Part shown: positions 1-12,149 of the stretch, piece after piece
Layout: the number at the start of each line of letters is the position of its first letter
Position numbering within the stretch: position 1 is the stretch's first letter
Source of the DNA: Pseudovirgaria hyperparasitica
Lineage: Eukaryota
DNA length: 64,000 nt
Assembly (NCBI GenBank): GCA_010093815.1
Contig: ML996576.1
Reading direction: 5' to 3' (one strand)
Program-made: the position numbers and the translations under genes
Notes under the pieces: generated by a model
Databases searched by the model: none
Told to the model about the DNA's origin: nothing
The model's input: only the letters and a program-made list of their open reading frames with translations

Positions 1-1248
1 ACCTGTAGCCGCAATGACTCGGCCACCAGAAGTCTTGAGGACTCCGTCGATGAAGTTTGTGCCGGCATGGAATATAACAGTATCTGGAGTAACAATTAAT
101 CTCAGAAACCTTGCGCCTGGATTTGGCCGTGACTTACCTGCCGTGACGGAGTCTAGCTTAATGTCAAAGCCTTTGCCATATGAACCAGGATAACCCCCGG
201 CTGCAACGACGACGGTGGCGGCAGACCTGTGAGATACTACGATGGGTACCTCATTGAGACGGCCCTCTGCACTCGCAAGCATGACTTCGGCTAGATCAGA
301 CTCGAGCAGCGGGAGACAGCTTTGCGTTTCTGGGTCACCAAATCGCACGTTGTATTCCAGGACTTTGGGACCGCTCTTGGTCATCATCAAACCAGTGAAG
401 AGAATGCCCACAAACGGAAAGCCCTCTTTATGCATGCCTGTAAGCGTAGGTTGGAGAATGGTCTCGTGTATTCGGTCAATCACATCTTTTGGAGCAATTC
501 TCGTGGGCGCATATGTTCCCATCCCACCAGTGTTAGGGCCTTTGTCGCCATCGAATATCCGCTTATGATCCTGGGCTGGTGGTAGTGATTGCAGCCTTGT
601 GCCATCGCAGAAGCTCAGGATGCTGAGCTCATCGCCCTCCATAAACTCTTCGATGACTACTTCGTCGCCTGCTGCCCCGAATTCTCTATCTAGCATAATC
701 TCTCGTAGCGCAGTTTGAGCTTCCTCTTTGGATGCGGGTATTATGACACCCTTCCCTGCCGCTAGTCCACTCGCCTTGATTACGACATTGTGAGAAATCG
801 AATCTACGTATGCCTTTGCTTCGTGATAATCGCTGAAGTTCTTGTACTCGGCAGTTGGGATGTTATTCCTGTGCATAAAGTCCTTGGAGAAGGTCTTTGA
901 ACCCTCCATGCGCGCAGCACTCTGCGACGGACCAAAGCATTTCACATCTTTCGCATGCTCTTTAAAATAGTCCACTATACCAGCGACCAAGGGAGCCTCC
1001 GGTCCTGGTACCAGCAGGTTGACATTTTTCTCTGTTGCCAAAGCCACCAAACTTGGAAAGTCTTCAGCCTTGACATTTGTCACGTTGGTGACATTCTTGA
1101 CGCCTGCTGTGCCTCCATTACCAGGAACAACATAAACGTGTTCGACGCGTGGCGACTGTGTGAGTTTCCATGCGATAGCGTGCTCGCGACCGCCATTGCC
1201 GACGAGAAGGACACGAAGGGGAGTGGACGGATCGAGATTCGTGGCCAT
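1..1248 (-). CDS. ADE5,7: Bifunctional phosphoribosylamine-glycine ligase / AIR synthase (GARS part; runs off the left edge)
   Basis: Manual translation from ATG 1248: MATNLDPSTPLRVLLVGNGGREHAIAWKL, then PGPEAPLVAG, ARMEGSKTFSKDFM, VIKASGLAAGKGV, NTGGMG and EYNVRFGDPE GARS motifs. Intron 84-137. Absent from the ORF track because it is open at the edge. The bifunctional fusion is inferred from the fungal norm. Confidence 0.93.
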   Translation of the reverse strand, partial: MATNLDPSTPLRVLLVGNGGREHAIAWKLTQSPRVEHVYVVPGNGGTAGVKNVTNVTNVKAEDFPSLVALATEKNVNLLVPGPEAPLVAGIVDYFKEHAKDVKCFGPSQSAARMEGSKTFSKDFMHRNNIPTAEYKNFSDYHEAKAYVDSISHNVVIKASGLAAGKGVIIPASKEEAQTALREIMLDREFGAAGDEVVIEEFMEGDELSILSFCDGTRLQSLPPAQDHKRIFDGDKGPNTGGMGTYAPTRIAPKDVIDRIHETILQPTLTGMHKEGFPFVGILFTGLMMTKSGPKVLEYNVRFGDPETQSCLPLLESDLAEVMLASAEGRLNEVPIVVSHRSAATVVVAAGGYPGSYGKGFDIKLDSVTAGKSRPNPGARFLRLIVTPDTVIFHAGTNFIDGVLKTSGGRVIAATG

Positions 1249-1850
1249 GTCAAGGACCTGGAAATGTTCTTTGAAAGGGGCGTACAGACACAGGCTCAAG
1301 AGCCAAGTAGCGAGGTTGTGACTTCTTGCTGTTGTTATTAGAGGCAATGATGAAGGCTGAAGAGTAGAAAACTTTTGGCATCCCGGTGGTGCGTTGCGGG
1401 GCATCTATCTATTTCCGGAGTTAAGTCCGCATCCATGGGTACCGGATATTAATTAGACTTCGCATCAGCTTCATAACTTTGATGATACCATCGATATCAT
1501 CGACAATTTATACCCTTTGAAGAGCAATCCTCCATTGTCATGCTACTACTGGACAGTAAGTCTGGTCCTTCGACAATGTGCCATCAAACGCCAACACTTA
1601 GCACTTACTCGCTTGGTGCAACGTAAACGTAAAGTACTTCACGAAACATCTACCGCACACACATATCGGCGAGACCTTGATTTGATGGCTACTGTTTTTA
1701 AGATTGCAGAGGAATACTATAGCACTCTGTTACATGCGCATGCGAACATCGTTGCTGCTGATATCATTGAATGCTATAGGACTTTGCATCCGTTATGCAT
1801 CTCGACTGTTGATCATTCCTTCTCTCTCTCTACCTGCTTCGATTTAGCAT

Positions 1851-3320
1851 ATGAATACCATTTCTGTGGAACCGTTCTACATGGTTCTATCGTTGGTTGA
1901 CATCGAAACTTTGAGACAGATCCGACTCGTGAATAAGCAAGTTGCCGTAGTTGCGGCCGAGCACCTTTTCTCAGAAGTCACAGTCTTCGACAACGAGGAT
2001 AGTTACCAAAGACTTGTGGACATAAGCACGCATCCCGTCATCTCGAATTGTGTTCGTCACATTATCCATCACAACGTTTTCCTGAACCCCGAACTCAGTA
2101 CATACAACGAGTGGAAGTCGCAAGCAAACCAGGATTATGATTACGAAGAGTTTGCTCAACAATATCGCGCTAATGACCATGGGCAGTTCCTTCGGGCATG
2201 GGAGACTAGGTCAACGCTTCAGCAAAGAAGCAGGTGTCCGGAGTCGCAGTCATTCAACTCGTATACCCGTTTTGAAGCTGCTGTAGCACGACAGCAAGAC
2301 ATGTGGACAACCATGAGAGACTGGAATTTTTTCGAAACAGCAATCAAAAACTGATTCAATTGACCTGCGTGACTGGCAAGTGGATGTCATATCGGCAGCC
2401 TAAGATGGCCAAGCGCATGTATAAGGATTTCAGCACTCAACCATACTTCCAAAACCAGACTTCCGAGCGTGTCTCAAACCTCACAGAAGGGATTATGTAC
2501 AATAAGGCTCGAGAACGTGTAGTTGGGCAGAGACAAGTTTCTATGGCCCTCATCCTCTGCTCTTCAGCTCCAACTCCTCTTGCCATATTCACAGCCGAAA
2601 GGGTTGATTATGTTGCCTTTGTGCTACCGAGGGTGTACTATCGTTCTTCCTGTTTGCATCTCACAAAGCTCTATCTCGAGATCGGAACTGGTCTTTGATG
2701 GCCTAGCACAGGTGAACCAGGCCCTCGGATTGGCGCACGCGCTTTGAACTGCCGACGACTATATGCGAAACCTTTGCCAGACCATCTAACGAATCTACCC
2801 CAAATACTTGAAGAGATAAAAGGACTACGCCAGTTGGGTGTCAAATTTGACAGGCTTTACGAATCGGGGAATTTGGCTTCAGCAAGATTTCACGATGTCC
2901 TTTGGTGACAACTACTGGCCTCATCTGAGCTCCCTTACCCTTCGAGGAATGGATACGTCTAAGGAATTCATACTCCAGTTTCTTAGGAGTCACCGAAGTT
3001 GTCTCAGAGACTTGCAGCTAAGCCATATGCAGCTTTGGAACAAAGCTTCATGGCTCCATTTGATTCCTCATCTGCGAAACATGCTCAGCCTACTGACGGC
3101 GTGCATCAAAAACATCAGTACAAGACGTGGCGATGGACAAGGAGGGATAGGAGATTGGGCACATCGAGTTTATGACCATTCCGATGATTCTAAGAGTTGG
3201 ACGATTGGATACTGGGTTGTCAATAATGATACGGAAGAGAAGGCACTCGCAAAGTACATGGTCGATGGTGGAGTCCTCCCTGTGCTTAACAATAACTTGT
3301 ATGGTCTGGGTCCAGATTGA
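1851..3320 (+). pseudogene. Disrupted fungal F-box-like / LRR-type protein gene
   Basis: N-terminus VLSLVDIETLRQIRLVNKQVAVVAAEHLFSEVTV and C-terminal WPHLSSLTLRGM...FLRSHRSCLRDLQL resemble fungal F-box proteins. Continuity needs a frameshift at ~2346-2351 (A5 run), read-through of TGA 2696-2698 and a second frameshift at ~2900. No introns are evident at the lesions. Confidence 0.7.
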
Positions 3321-3451
3321 AAAGGGTCTCATTCGTGTGACTGTCTTTGGCCACTACAACCACAAATCATAGGACATATCACCACGTACGGCCTCCACCG
3401 ACAAATACTATTAAACAGCAAAACCATTCCCAAATTTTCTCGCTGCAGAAC

Positions 3452-4579
3452 CTACTTCTTTGGCCGAACAGCCCCACTCCTCTGATCCTCCGTATTCTTC
3501 AACAAGGGCCTCAAAGAGTCTTTCTGAACTCGCTCCCACAATGACCCTTTACCATCTTCACGCCCCTTCTCATCCTCTTTACGAAACCACTCCTCGGCCG
3601 TCCTGATCCTTTCTGGATGGATCTCGTCTAACAACGCATAATCTCTCTTTATCAGCGGGTGCTCACCTCCACTTGCCTGCCACACACGCCAAAACCCGGT
3701 AAAATTATCTCTCATCGTCATCACCGCCGGATCGTCCACACTCGTGGCATATCCCGTAGGCAGATCCGTCGCCCTTGCCATCGGTCCCTCGCGCCAATAC
3801 TCCTCAAACTCCGTCTCAACATACACCGCTGGATGCCCAGTCACCGTCTCGAAACCCTTCGCGAGATCCTCATATCGCAGGTGCCCAATCGCAACACCAA
3901 GATCCATCCCATCCGCCCTCTCCTCATTTGCAAACAACCAGCACACATACACCCCACAATCCTCCAGCGCAACATGCGCCACCGCCCCGTTTCCATCCAT
4001 ACTCGCCGGCACCCGCCACGTCACCACCCCATCCTCCACCTGCGGCGTCATCAGCGTGCCTGCCGCAATCACCATCTCCATATACGGCCCAGTCGTAAAC
4101 AGCGCCGCCCTCATCCCCTTCTCCCTCACCGCCGCACTCGCTCTCTGCGTCAATATCCAGCTCCCCACCCGCCCCTTGCCATCATAATGTCCGCTCCGAA
4201 TCTCCGCCCGAAACCCACTCATCGCATGCACATACTCCAGGTTGCCCCACACAAACATCTTGACCCCCTCCGCTAGTGCAATCTCCCAGGTGCGGATCCC
4301 CCAGTAGAGTTCGCCGGCCTCGCCGACGTTGAAACCGTCGATGTTGATGAATGCGCCGTGTGCGCCGCGCATGCCGCTGCGAAGAGAGGTCTCGGAGGTG
4401 AATGTGCCCTCATGTAGTGTCGTGTTGGGCAGGGCGAGGAGAGATTGGGCGCGTGGGGAGGTCGGGGTACGGGTGAGGACACGAAGGGTGTATAGGTTAG
4501 TGTGGGCGAGGGCATGGACGATAGGGAGGCCTTGGGCACCGGTGCCGCCGACGACGAAGATTATGGGCAGAGGTGACAT
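3452..4579 (-). CDS. NmrA-like NAD(P)-binding protein
   Basis: Rossmann start IFVVGGTGAQG, RVLTR, GHYDGKGRV, LFTTGPYMEM. Likely ATG at 4579, single exon. Confidence 0.88.
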   Translation of the reverse strand: MSPLPIIFVVGGTGAQGLPIVHALAHTNLYTLRVLTRTPTSPRAQSLLALPNTTLHEGTFTSETSLRSGMRGAHGAFINIDGFNVGEAGELYWGIRTWEIALAEGVKMFVWGNLEYVHAMSGFRAEIRSGHYDGKGRVGSWILTQRASAAVREKGMRAALFTTGPYMEMVIAAGTLMTPQVEDGVVTWRVPASMDGNGAVAHVALEDCGVYVCWLFANEERADGMDLGVAIGHLRYEDLAKGFETVTGHPAVYVETEFEEYWREGPMARATDLPTGYATSVDDPAVMTMRDNFTGFWRVWQASGGEHPLIKRDYALLDEIHPERIRTAEEWFRKEDEKGREDGKGSLWERVQKDSLRPLLKNTEDQRSGAVRPKK

Positions 4580-5441
4580 TGCGTGGTACAGGATTGGTAT
4601 GGAATTGTTATGGTTGATAATATGGTCGGTTATATCTCTTTGAATCTTAAAATGGAGAGGTGTTCCGGAGTGGAAGATGGACGATGGCAATCGAAGAGCT
4701 GAAGTAGCGGGGCTGCATTATATGCATCTGGAACTCATACGATGGATGTAGGCACAAGCTTGAACTTCGTATCCATGCATGTTCATACTAATCACAACCA
4801 CATGAATTGCAAGATTGGCATACTAATCAGACCCATCGACGCAACACATGTTCGGCCGTAAGTCCCCATGATGCCTACAGATGGACATCTGTACAGCTTA
4901 GGAAGCTTCATTCGGAGCTTTGGCCTCTATATTCTTCTCGTGTATCTAATCTGCACTCACTCGGTATTCCAGGTGTTGAGTAATCTGTCTTGCCATATGC
5001 AGTGCTACCCGTGGGTGTTGCTTACTATTCCTAAACGCCGGGGATTACAACCCAAACGCATCTTGTACGATGTTTGACAAATTCAGCCCGAGGCTAGAGA
5101 CTATTATCATATGGCATGGGCGAGATAGGACTTTGGGCTCAACCCGAAAAATCAATATTTGATGAAACAGAATTGAGCGCAGTGAGAGAGGCTAGGACGT
5201 AGGAGGTGAGGAGTATGAGTATGTATGAGGTGGCGCATAGATCAGATGTTGTAAGTGGTAGTGCCCTTTATGGACATCCTGTTTATAAGGTAAATTATGT
5301 ATTGCTATATACAGGAAAAACAGTCGGTGGACACACAAAGGATGATAGAACACTCTTGTACACACTGTTTTCACTCAAGATCTGCCCTATTCAGACTCGA
5401 GGAGCAGTACCCAAGGGATCTGCTGTGGAACTTACACAAAC

Positions 5442-6158
5442 TCAATAATGTTTACACTTCAACCTCTTAGATGGCTCCCGCCGCCTTCTCCAGCAAAAAT
5501 TGTCGTTGTCCCAAGTTGTATAACCGTAGGATGCCTTCCATGGCTCCATGGCGAAATAACCCGCATTGTTCCCGCACTTGTACTTCACTGCGGCCATCAT
5601 GAGTACAAGGTCCTCGGGATGGATGGTCTGTCCACAGCCATAGTCACAGGCAAATGCTTTAGCTTCGGCATAACGGAAATCCACTCTGCGTTTGAATTCT
5701 GTCCCATTATGTCCAAACAATGCTGCCCACTTGAGTGTCCTATTGACAGCGTTCATGATCTGGAATTCATCAAGTCTTTGCTTCTCGCATCGAACGTATC
5801 CATCTTGTAGATGTCGGGGTAGCCTCCAGTGGTCAAATACGTGTGTGAATTCCCTCCAGAGAGCGGTGCTGTCTTCTGCAGCGAATGCATCGTAGAGTGC
5901 CAACGCCATGCGTTTGGGGCGATGGGCAATGTTGCGAAGATATTGTCTGAAATCTTGGTATACTCCGTGCGCCCATTGGCCGGCGACTTGGTTCCATGAT
6001 CTGGAGGCGCTTTCCCATGACTCCATGGAGTCTGCCAAGTAGTCGGCGCCCTCCGCCCATAAGTCGTGGGGCCCGGCGGGAGGAACGGGTTCGCGGGGAG
6101 CGGCGACGACTATGCCGCTGACGGCCGTCATAGCAATGAGAGTGTTTAAAACCCGCAT
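5442..6158 (-). CDS. Secreted protein with C-terminal Cys-containing domain, unknown function
   Basis: 238-aa ORF with signal-peptide-like MRVLNTLIAMTAVSGIVVAAP. C-terminal AFACDYGCGQT...KCGNNAGYF...WKASYG...FC pattern. TATA-like TATAAA on the minus strand near 6230. Confidence 0.75.
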   Translation of the reverse strand: MRVLNTLIAMTAVSGIVVAAPREPVPPAGPHDLWAEGADYLADSMESWESASRSWNQVAGQWAHGVYQDFRQYLRNIAHRPKRMALALYDAFAAEDSTALWREFTHVFDHWRLPRHLQDGYVRCEKQRLDEFQIMNAVNRTLKWAALFGHNGTEFKRRVDFRYAEAKAFACDYGCGQTIHPEDLVLMMAAVKYKCGNNAGYFAMEPWKASYGYTTWDNDNFCWRRRREPSKRLKCKHY

Positions 6159-7799
6159 AGCAGAGATTAAAGTGATTGACAGACTTCCTGTTTGTCTCTG
6201 TTACATACTCGAGAACCATTTAGTTGCCTTTATATGTTTTTATGGGCGAGGGAATTGTACACCGGTCTAATGACTACATACTTCATTCTGTCGCTCTAAC
6301 ATTCGATCATAGATCATGACCAGCGGTCATTGGACCCATGTCCATCAGGTTTTGAACATGTATGTAACTAGCAGTACTGAGGCATTAAAGCTATGGCGGG
6401 AGCTCCGCTGACAAGATACAGTCGTCTTAGATTTTCGACTTGCTGCCGATTCAACATCGTACGAATTTAGATTTTGCTTTCGGGATTTCTCAAACCATCT
6501 ACCCTTCCACTACCTTCTGCGTACCGAATAGGGCTTTCTAAACAAGCCAAGCTAGGCAGAAGAGTTTGAGTTGATTGCGCTGGTTATATATAGAGACACA
6601 GTCGGTTTGACATTAGCGTGGAGTCTCAACCAATGAAGTGAACCGAGCTTCAATTGCCCCACTCGTCGTACAGACCAGGAGAGGATCATTCACGAATATA
6701 AAACCCCTCAGAAAAGTGGGTTTGCTACTTGACAATTGCCCAAAATGATTGATTTCTCACTCCAATCTCACTTAGTGCAAAAATATCTGGGATACATTCA
6801 TCCATGGTCCGGTCGACTGGAATGCTTCTGCAGGTAAGCTAGGCTTGTATTGCTCGTATTTTGTTTGCAAAACTCTGCTCCGTTTTGAGCACGGACACTG
6901 CAACTGACTACACACAAATTATAATTCTTATAAGAGCGTGAGGTCCGCCCCCATCAAATTGCAGGTATATCATACCATGAAACTGGATGAGCTGAACATC
7001 TGACATTCTAGATAGCTCTGTTTTGCAGCCTCTCTACAGGACCACGCCTCAACCTTTTAACCGCGCATAAGATTATAACTCTATAGATGTGTCGAGCAGA
7101 ACGCTCCAGAGCGAACAGGTTGATCGAATTCACACATTCGGGTACTCTTCATAGTTCAGACTGGTGCATGCAACCATGATCGTCTGTAGCTGGTCTGCGC
7201 CATTATGTTTTATCTCTACGGGCAAAGCTCCTTGGGCTGCAACATCGACAACAAGATCAATGCAACTAGATATATTCTGTCCAAAAGTGTCACTCAAGTT
7301 GGAGCCCGTTGCATTTGACCTAAGCATTATCATAGAAGCGGGCACTCAAAGCGCGTATCCGTCCTCTGTGAGCGTCCATGGCTCATTCCACGCCTGCTAG
7401 CAACTGTGAGAGGTATTTACAGATTCTGCTCGTGTGAGCCGATGGGTTGGATATGTGGCCAGTGTGCGTGATATCGCTGACTGCGACTTGTCATAACTAC
7501 ATGCGCACGACCGGTGGAAAGTGCCTACTCACTTCGCATCTCACGATATTTGAAGCAAGCGCCAGGCGAGGTAGACGTTCTTTCGCCCCCATGAATAAAC
7601 TGCTATTAGACGTTCTTAAGATCTGTCTGCTACCATGAAGACCCTTGAAGGACAACTAGGAGATGATGTAGCATCATAACACTCCCGGGGCTCTTCTCAG
7701 CAGACCATTAGGACTCTAGGATTTACTACCTACCCATCACTGTCCAGAACGTTAGAATCCAATCTCGATTCCAAGATCCGAGCAACGTCATAGTAGAAG

Positions 7800-8351
7800 T
7801 TAGACATCCTCCTCAGCATCAGAGACCGGAGCCTCCTTCTTAACGCCAGCCCTTTTACTCTTCTTCTTCGGAGACTCGCTACCATGATCCAACTCAGCCT
7901 CATCAACCTCTTCCTTGACCTCCTCATCATCCTCATCAACGACAGATTTTGAACGCTTTCCTTTCGCCGACTTGGGCGTCGCAGGGGCCTTCTTGGCACG
8001 CGTCTTCTTGGGCGTTGCAGGGGCTGAACTGTTTGCATCCGGAGGCGTACCATCGCCAGCCGTAGCACCCAGAGCGCGGAGTTTTGCAATGCGGTGTGTG
8101 ATGGCTTTGGGTGTACACTCTGTTGCCAAGTCAGCGCTTTGTAGGACGAGAACAGGGATGCATTGCAAGGACGAAAACGGGAAGCTGTCGTGGATGTGAA
8201 GCTGGCATGAGGAGGTGAAGAGAGAAAACATACCTGGACCCATCTCTGTCGCAATACGCTTCAAAATGTCTGCGCTGAGTGAGAGCTTGCTCTCGCGCAG
8301 TAGCAAGCTGAAGAGCTTGGCTTCGGTGGCTGTGTCCCAGTTCATAGGCAT
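7800..8351 (-). CDS. Small Myb/SANT-like putative DNA-binding protein with Lys/acidic tail
   Basis: MPMNWDTATEAKLFSLLL...KRIATEMGP|ECTPKAITHRIAKLR after removing intron 8120-8233, followed by PATPKK basic motifs and an acidic tail. Probable 5'UTR intron 8388-8455. Confidence 0.75.
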   Translation of the reverse strand: MPMNWDTATEAKLFSLLLRESKLSLSADILKRIATEMGPGMFSLFTSSCQLHIHDSFPFSSLQCIPVLVLQSADLATECTPKAITHRIAKLRALGATAGDGTPPDANSSAPATPKKTRAKKAPATPKSAKGKRSKSVVDEDDEEVKEEVDEAELDHGSESPKKKSKRAGVKKEAPVSDAEEDV

Positions 8352-8953
8352 CTTGTCAGATTCGATTATAATGGCCGTTGGGAGTGGCTGTGGGTTGTAT
8401 CAGCTAGCATTCCTGATACCTAGTGTACAGGTAAGCTATGGATCTCTAGACATACCTGAAGAAGGCCGAAAGATTGGCTGGTAACTTCGGAGAGGTGGTT
8501 GTGAACAGTAAGTAACAGGTTGCGCCGACAAGGTGGAGGGTGTAGTAAAGAGAGGAAGAAGGGTACGGTATTGAGGTGCGGAGTATTTAGGGTGACCAGT
8601 CCGGGCGGCCTCTAGGAAAGGAGTGGTCAGAGATTGAATGGCAGGCTAGACGAGATGAAGAGGGCTGTCATGAGATCAGTGGCCGAAGTGATACATCAAA
8701 CAATGTTGATGCAGGTTGATTGCCGAGTGGACTGGCAATTCACTTCACCTCGCTAACAGTGAATCGGGGCCTCTATAGATAATTATAAATGTACGGTTTC
8801 CTCTATCTCAAGAGCAATGTACAGTGTGAACGAGTGTATTTGTTGTTTATCTACATCATTCGTGACATGATCTGCGTTGTACAGTTCAGGAACTATGGTC
8901 TAAAAACGTTGAGGCTCCACGAGCTCTCCGACCCACACTTGGAGTTGAACCTC

Positions 8954-10627
8954 CTACAAAGCCTTGAATGTCGAACCGATTGGTCCAAACCTGATGTTGG
9001 AGAAAGTCACTGATGCGCCCGGCGAGTTCTTCTCGACATCAGCTGGAACACCAGAAGACGTGGAACATGTCCCGCGGTCATATCCAGGGCCAGACTTATC
9101 CCTAATAGCTGATTAGCACCCACCCAGCACCGTGAAACTTTTCTATCACTTACGTAGGATACGTTGAATCCAACCACAGCATGTTCGAGTAATGATCGTC
9201 CCACAAGCTCATGACAAGCACCATACCTCTACTCATAGCACTGCTCATGCTCGCCATACCACCCTTGTCCTTGAACGTGTAGGTATCTCCAAACGCAGCC
9301 TTCTGTGCATCACAAAATGATGTGGTGATGCTGTTACCGGTGACATTGGGGATCTTCGATTGTGAGTTGGCAATTGTCTTGCCGTTCTGCACGTAGAAGC
9401 GCTTGATCTCGGTCAGGGGTGACCCGATGAACTGAGTTACGACAGTCATCTTGGACTTTGTGTCAACGGTCTTCCCAGGGCCATAAAAGGAGGTGTCGCC
9501 CATGCGGTATGAGTTGAAATCGCAGCCGTCGGGATCGCCTAGTGATATATGCGTTAGCTACTTGTCATGTTCGTTGCATGCTGATGCACTGTTACTGGAA
9601 TGGAAGGGTCATACAGTTCCCAGCGTAGCGATCAGCGGAGTATGTTCCTCCGCAAGAGTCGCCGCTGCAGATGGACGGCCCCACAGGTGTGCACGAGTGC
9701 GGTGTAAATGCCGTAGAGATGCTGTTGGCTTCCCAGCTGTCCGGATAATCAGCACACGACTTTCAGCCAAATCTTCCGGAAGACTCACACATCCATCTCG
9801 GCGCAACAAGAGCCTTTACCGCCGACACCAGCATTTGCATCGTTCGAGGAAGCCGTCCAACCTTCAACATTTCCCTAGGTCAAGCATTAGCATAGGATCG
9901 CGAATCAAAGTGAGAAAAATTTGGAAGAAGGAGTATTGTCGACAAGCAAATTAGTCTTACCTCACCCCCGATGAACTTCAAGTCACGAGGACACTGAGCG
10001 TCGCAGTACCCAGTACCATACTTTGCCCCAGCTTTGTTCGTGCTGTATTTACTCATACCACCATCAGCATCCATAGCCACAAAGTAGAGAGCCTGTGTAT
10101 GCTGTCAGCCATGACTTCTCAGACAACATATAAACACTCACCCCGTTCAATCCGCAAGGCAGTCCACTCAAATCCACATCAAACGTAAATTCATTGTTCA
10201 ACAGATTGAACATCTTATACTTCGTATCGCTCTCCATAAGATAAGTTCTGCTGCCAATGTTCGTGCTGTACTGGCCTTTGGTCACCAACGTTAGTTTCAG
10301 ACTATCGCCACCGGTCGTGATGCCGTAAGTTCCCGAGTAGTCAGCCCCGTCAAGCGCACAGTTGCTGGCGCAGGATTTGTTATCGGGACAGGCGGTCTTG
10401 TTCCATTCGTTGCCCGTGTAGCAGTTGGTGTAGCCGCCTTTATCATGCAGCCAGCGCCAGTTGGCATCAAGGACAACCTTGCCGGAGTTGGATGTGCAGC
10501 TGGTGCCACCGGTGCCTGTACATGATTTCCAGGTCATACCGGGATGTGTTTCGGCCAGTTGAGTGCCGACGAGCTGGGCGTGGACGCTGCTCAGCAGCGC
10601 TGAAGCGAGGGTGAAGCGTTGATACAT
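8954..10627 (-). CDS. cbh1: Glycoside hydrolase family 7 cellobiohydrolase, no CBM1
   Basis: Signal peptide, then [33 protein letters not shown], catalytic EMDVWEANS (split by an intron), [19 protein letters not shown] and [16 protein letters not shown]. Five GT-AG introns. Confidence 0.96.
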
Positions 10628-12149
10628 TGTGATATGATAGCGTGGTCCTCGATTGATCTGTAGATAGGAAAGACCAGAAAGATTCTGCGTGAGGTACCAC
10701 TATATATAATGGATAATAAGCATCTTCTGAAAGGTACTTGTCATGTTATGATATGCCAATGCGGCTTAAGATCATTCCCCTGGTCGTCCTCTATATCAAG
10801 GGTATGCGGGACGGTATTTCCGGGACACTGTAATCAGGAACGGCCTGTAAGAGCCGCAGGAGATATTGGAGCTCATCTGCTAAGAATTGTTGTTGATCCG
10901 ACGGTCCACTATTGATGAAATCTATCTCGGTTGGATGTAAAGGAACACTGGACAGCATTAGGATCTACAGACTGGGACACTCAAGTTGAATAACATACAC
11001 AGTCACGCGTAGTTAAGCGTCAACAGAGGCCATTGTGTTCAAGACATCGTCGCATGCTTTGCCACAAGATGTGAACCAGAATATCTTTTTCAATATCCCT
11101 CGTATCCTCCTGATTAGTCTGATTAATCGCAATCAAAGAATCGTGGCTGACCATTGCTTTTGAGGAGATGGGCGTTTCAGTTGACCGATTGGTGGATATT
11201 AAAGACATGGGATCATCGGAGGTCTCTAAGAGCTTCAATTTGATTGATGTGGAGTGTGGAGGTGGCCACGTGTGTCTGCCGGATAAACTGAGAGAGCAGC
11301 TGTGCATATATGCGTACCTGAACCATTTGTCAAATATGTGTCTGGAGACGTCTCGTCTTCTCATCCATATAGACACGACTAGTTTTGCAGCTTGCGGAGA
11401 TAACGTGTATATTCTGTACTCGCGGAGACAGCGCATGCCTGAGATGAGAGTAAGAAATCAATACCAGGCTCATAGATAGAGACATGACATGGCTCTTCCT
11501 TCTAGAGTATGGAAAGTATCAGTGACAATGTGGTAATGATGTGCAATCATGCCTAGCTCTCCCTAGGTGAGCCATGGTCACAGCAGATTATTCAAGCACT
11601 GTGCTTGAATTGATATGCCTGTCGCGTGTAGTCCAACGTGAAGTTTTGCGGATTGCCCGTCAGGATAGACACAGCAAGTTTACGCTGCCTTCAACAAGCA
11701 TCTACCGAACAGTCAGTACCTGATAGACGTCATGCAGGTTCATAGCGTAAGGTTGATGAGAAGTTAAATGAGAGGAAAAAGTAGTGCAGTGATAGCGGCA
11801 GGGATCGGCATGAAGAACGCATATGACTTTGCAGGAAGTGTGAGTTGTAATTCTCATTACCAGCGAGGCTAGAAAACACCATGCGTATTAGAGATTATCG
11901 AGGCCAACCTCACGGTCAGGGGACTCACCATGATGTATTGCTTGGCCAGATGGATTGGAGAACCCCGCCTTTCAATTAACCGGAAGACTTAGGCTGGCCC
12001 AGAAGAAATACCTTCGCACTTAAAGACGTTCCTCTTATCCACGATTGTCATAGTCAGCTTGGTGATGACTGCAGTGACGGACCGCGTTCCATAGAGCATC
12101 CTTGGCCTGCGAGTGACTCTACACTGTGAGGGATGTCAAGGCAAATGAT

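Noticed and set aside
8388..8455. Recursive or twin intron (internal CTAG|GTATCA) in the 5'UTR intron
   Set aside because: The sub-introns would be only 36 and 32 nt, below the usual fungal minimum.
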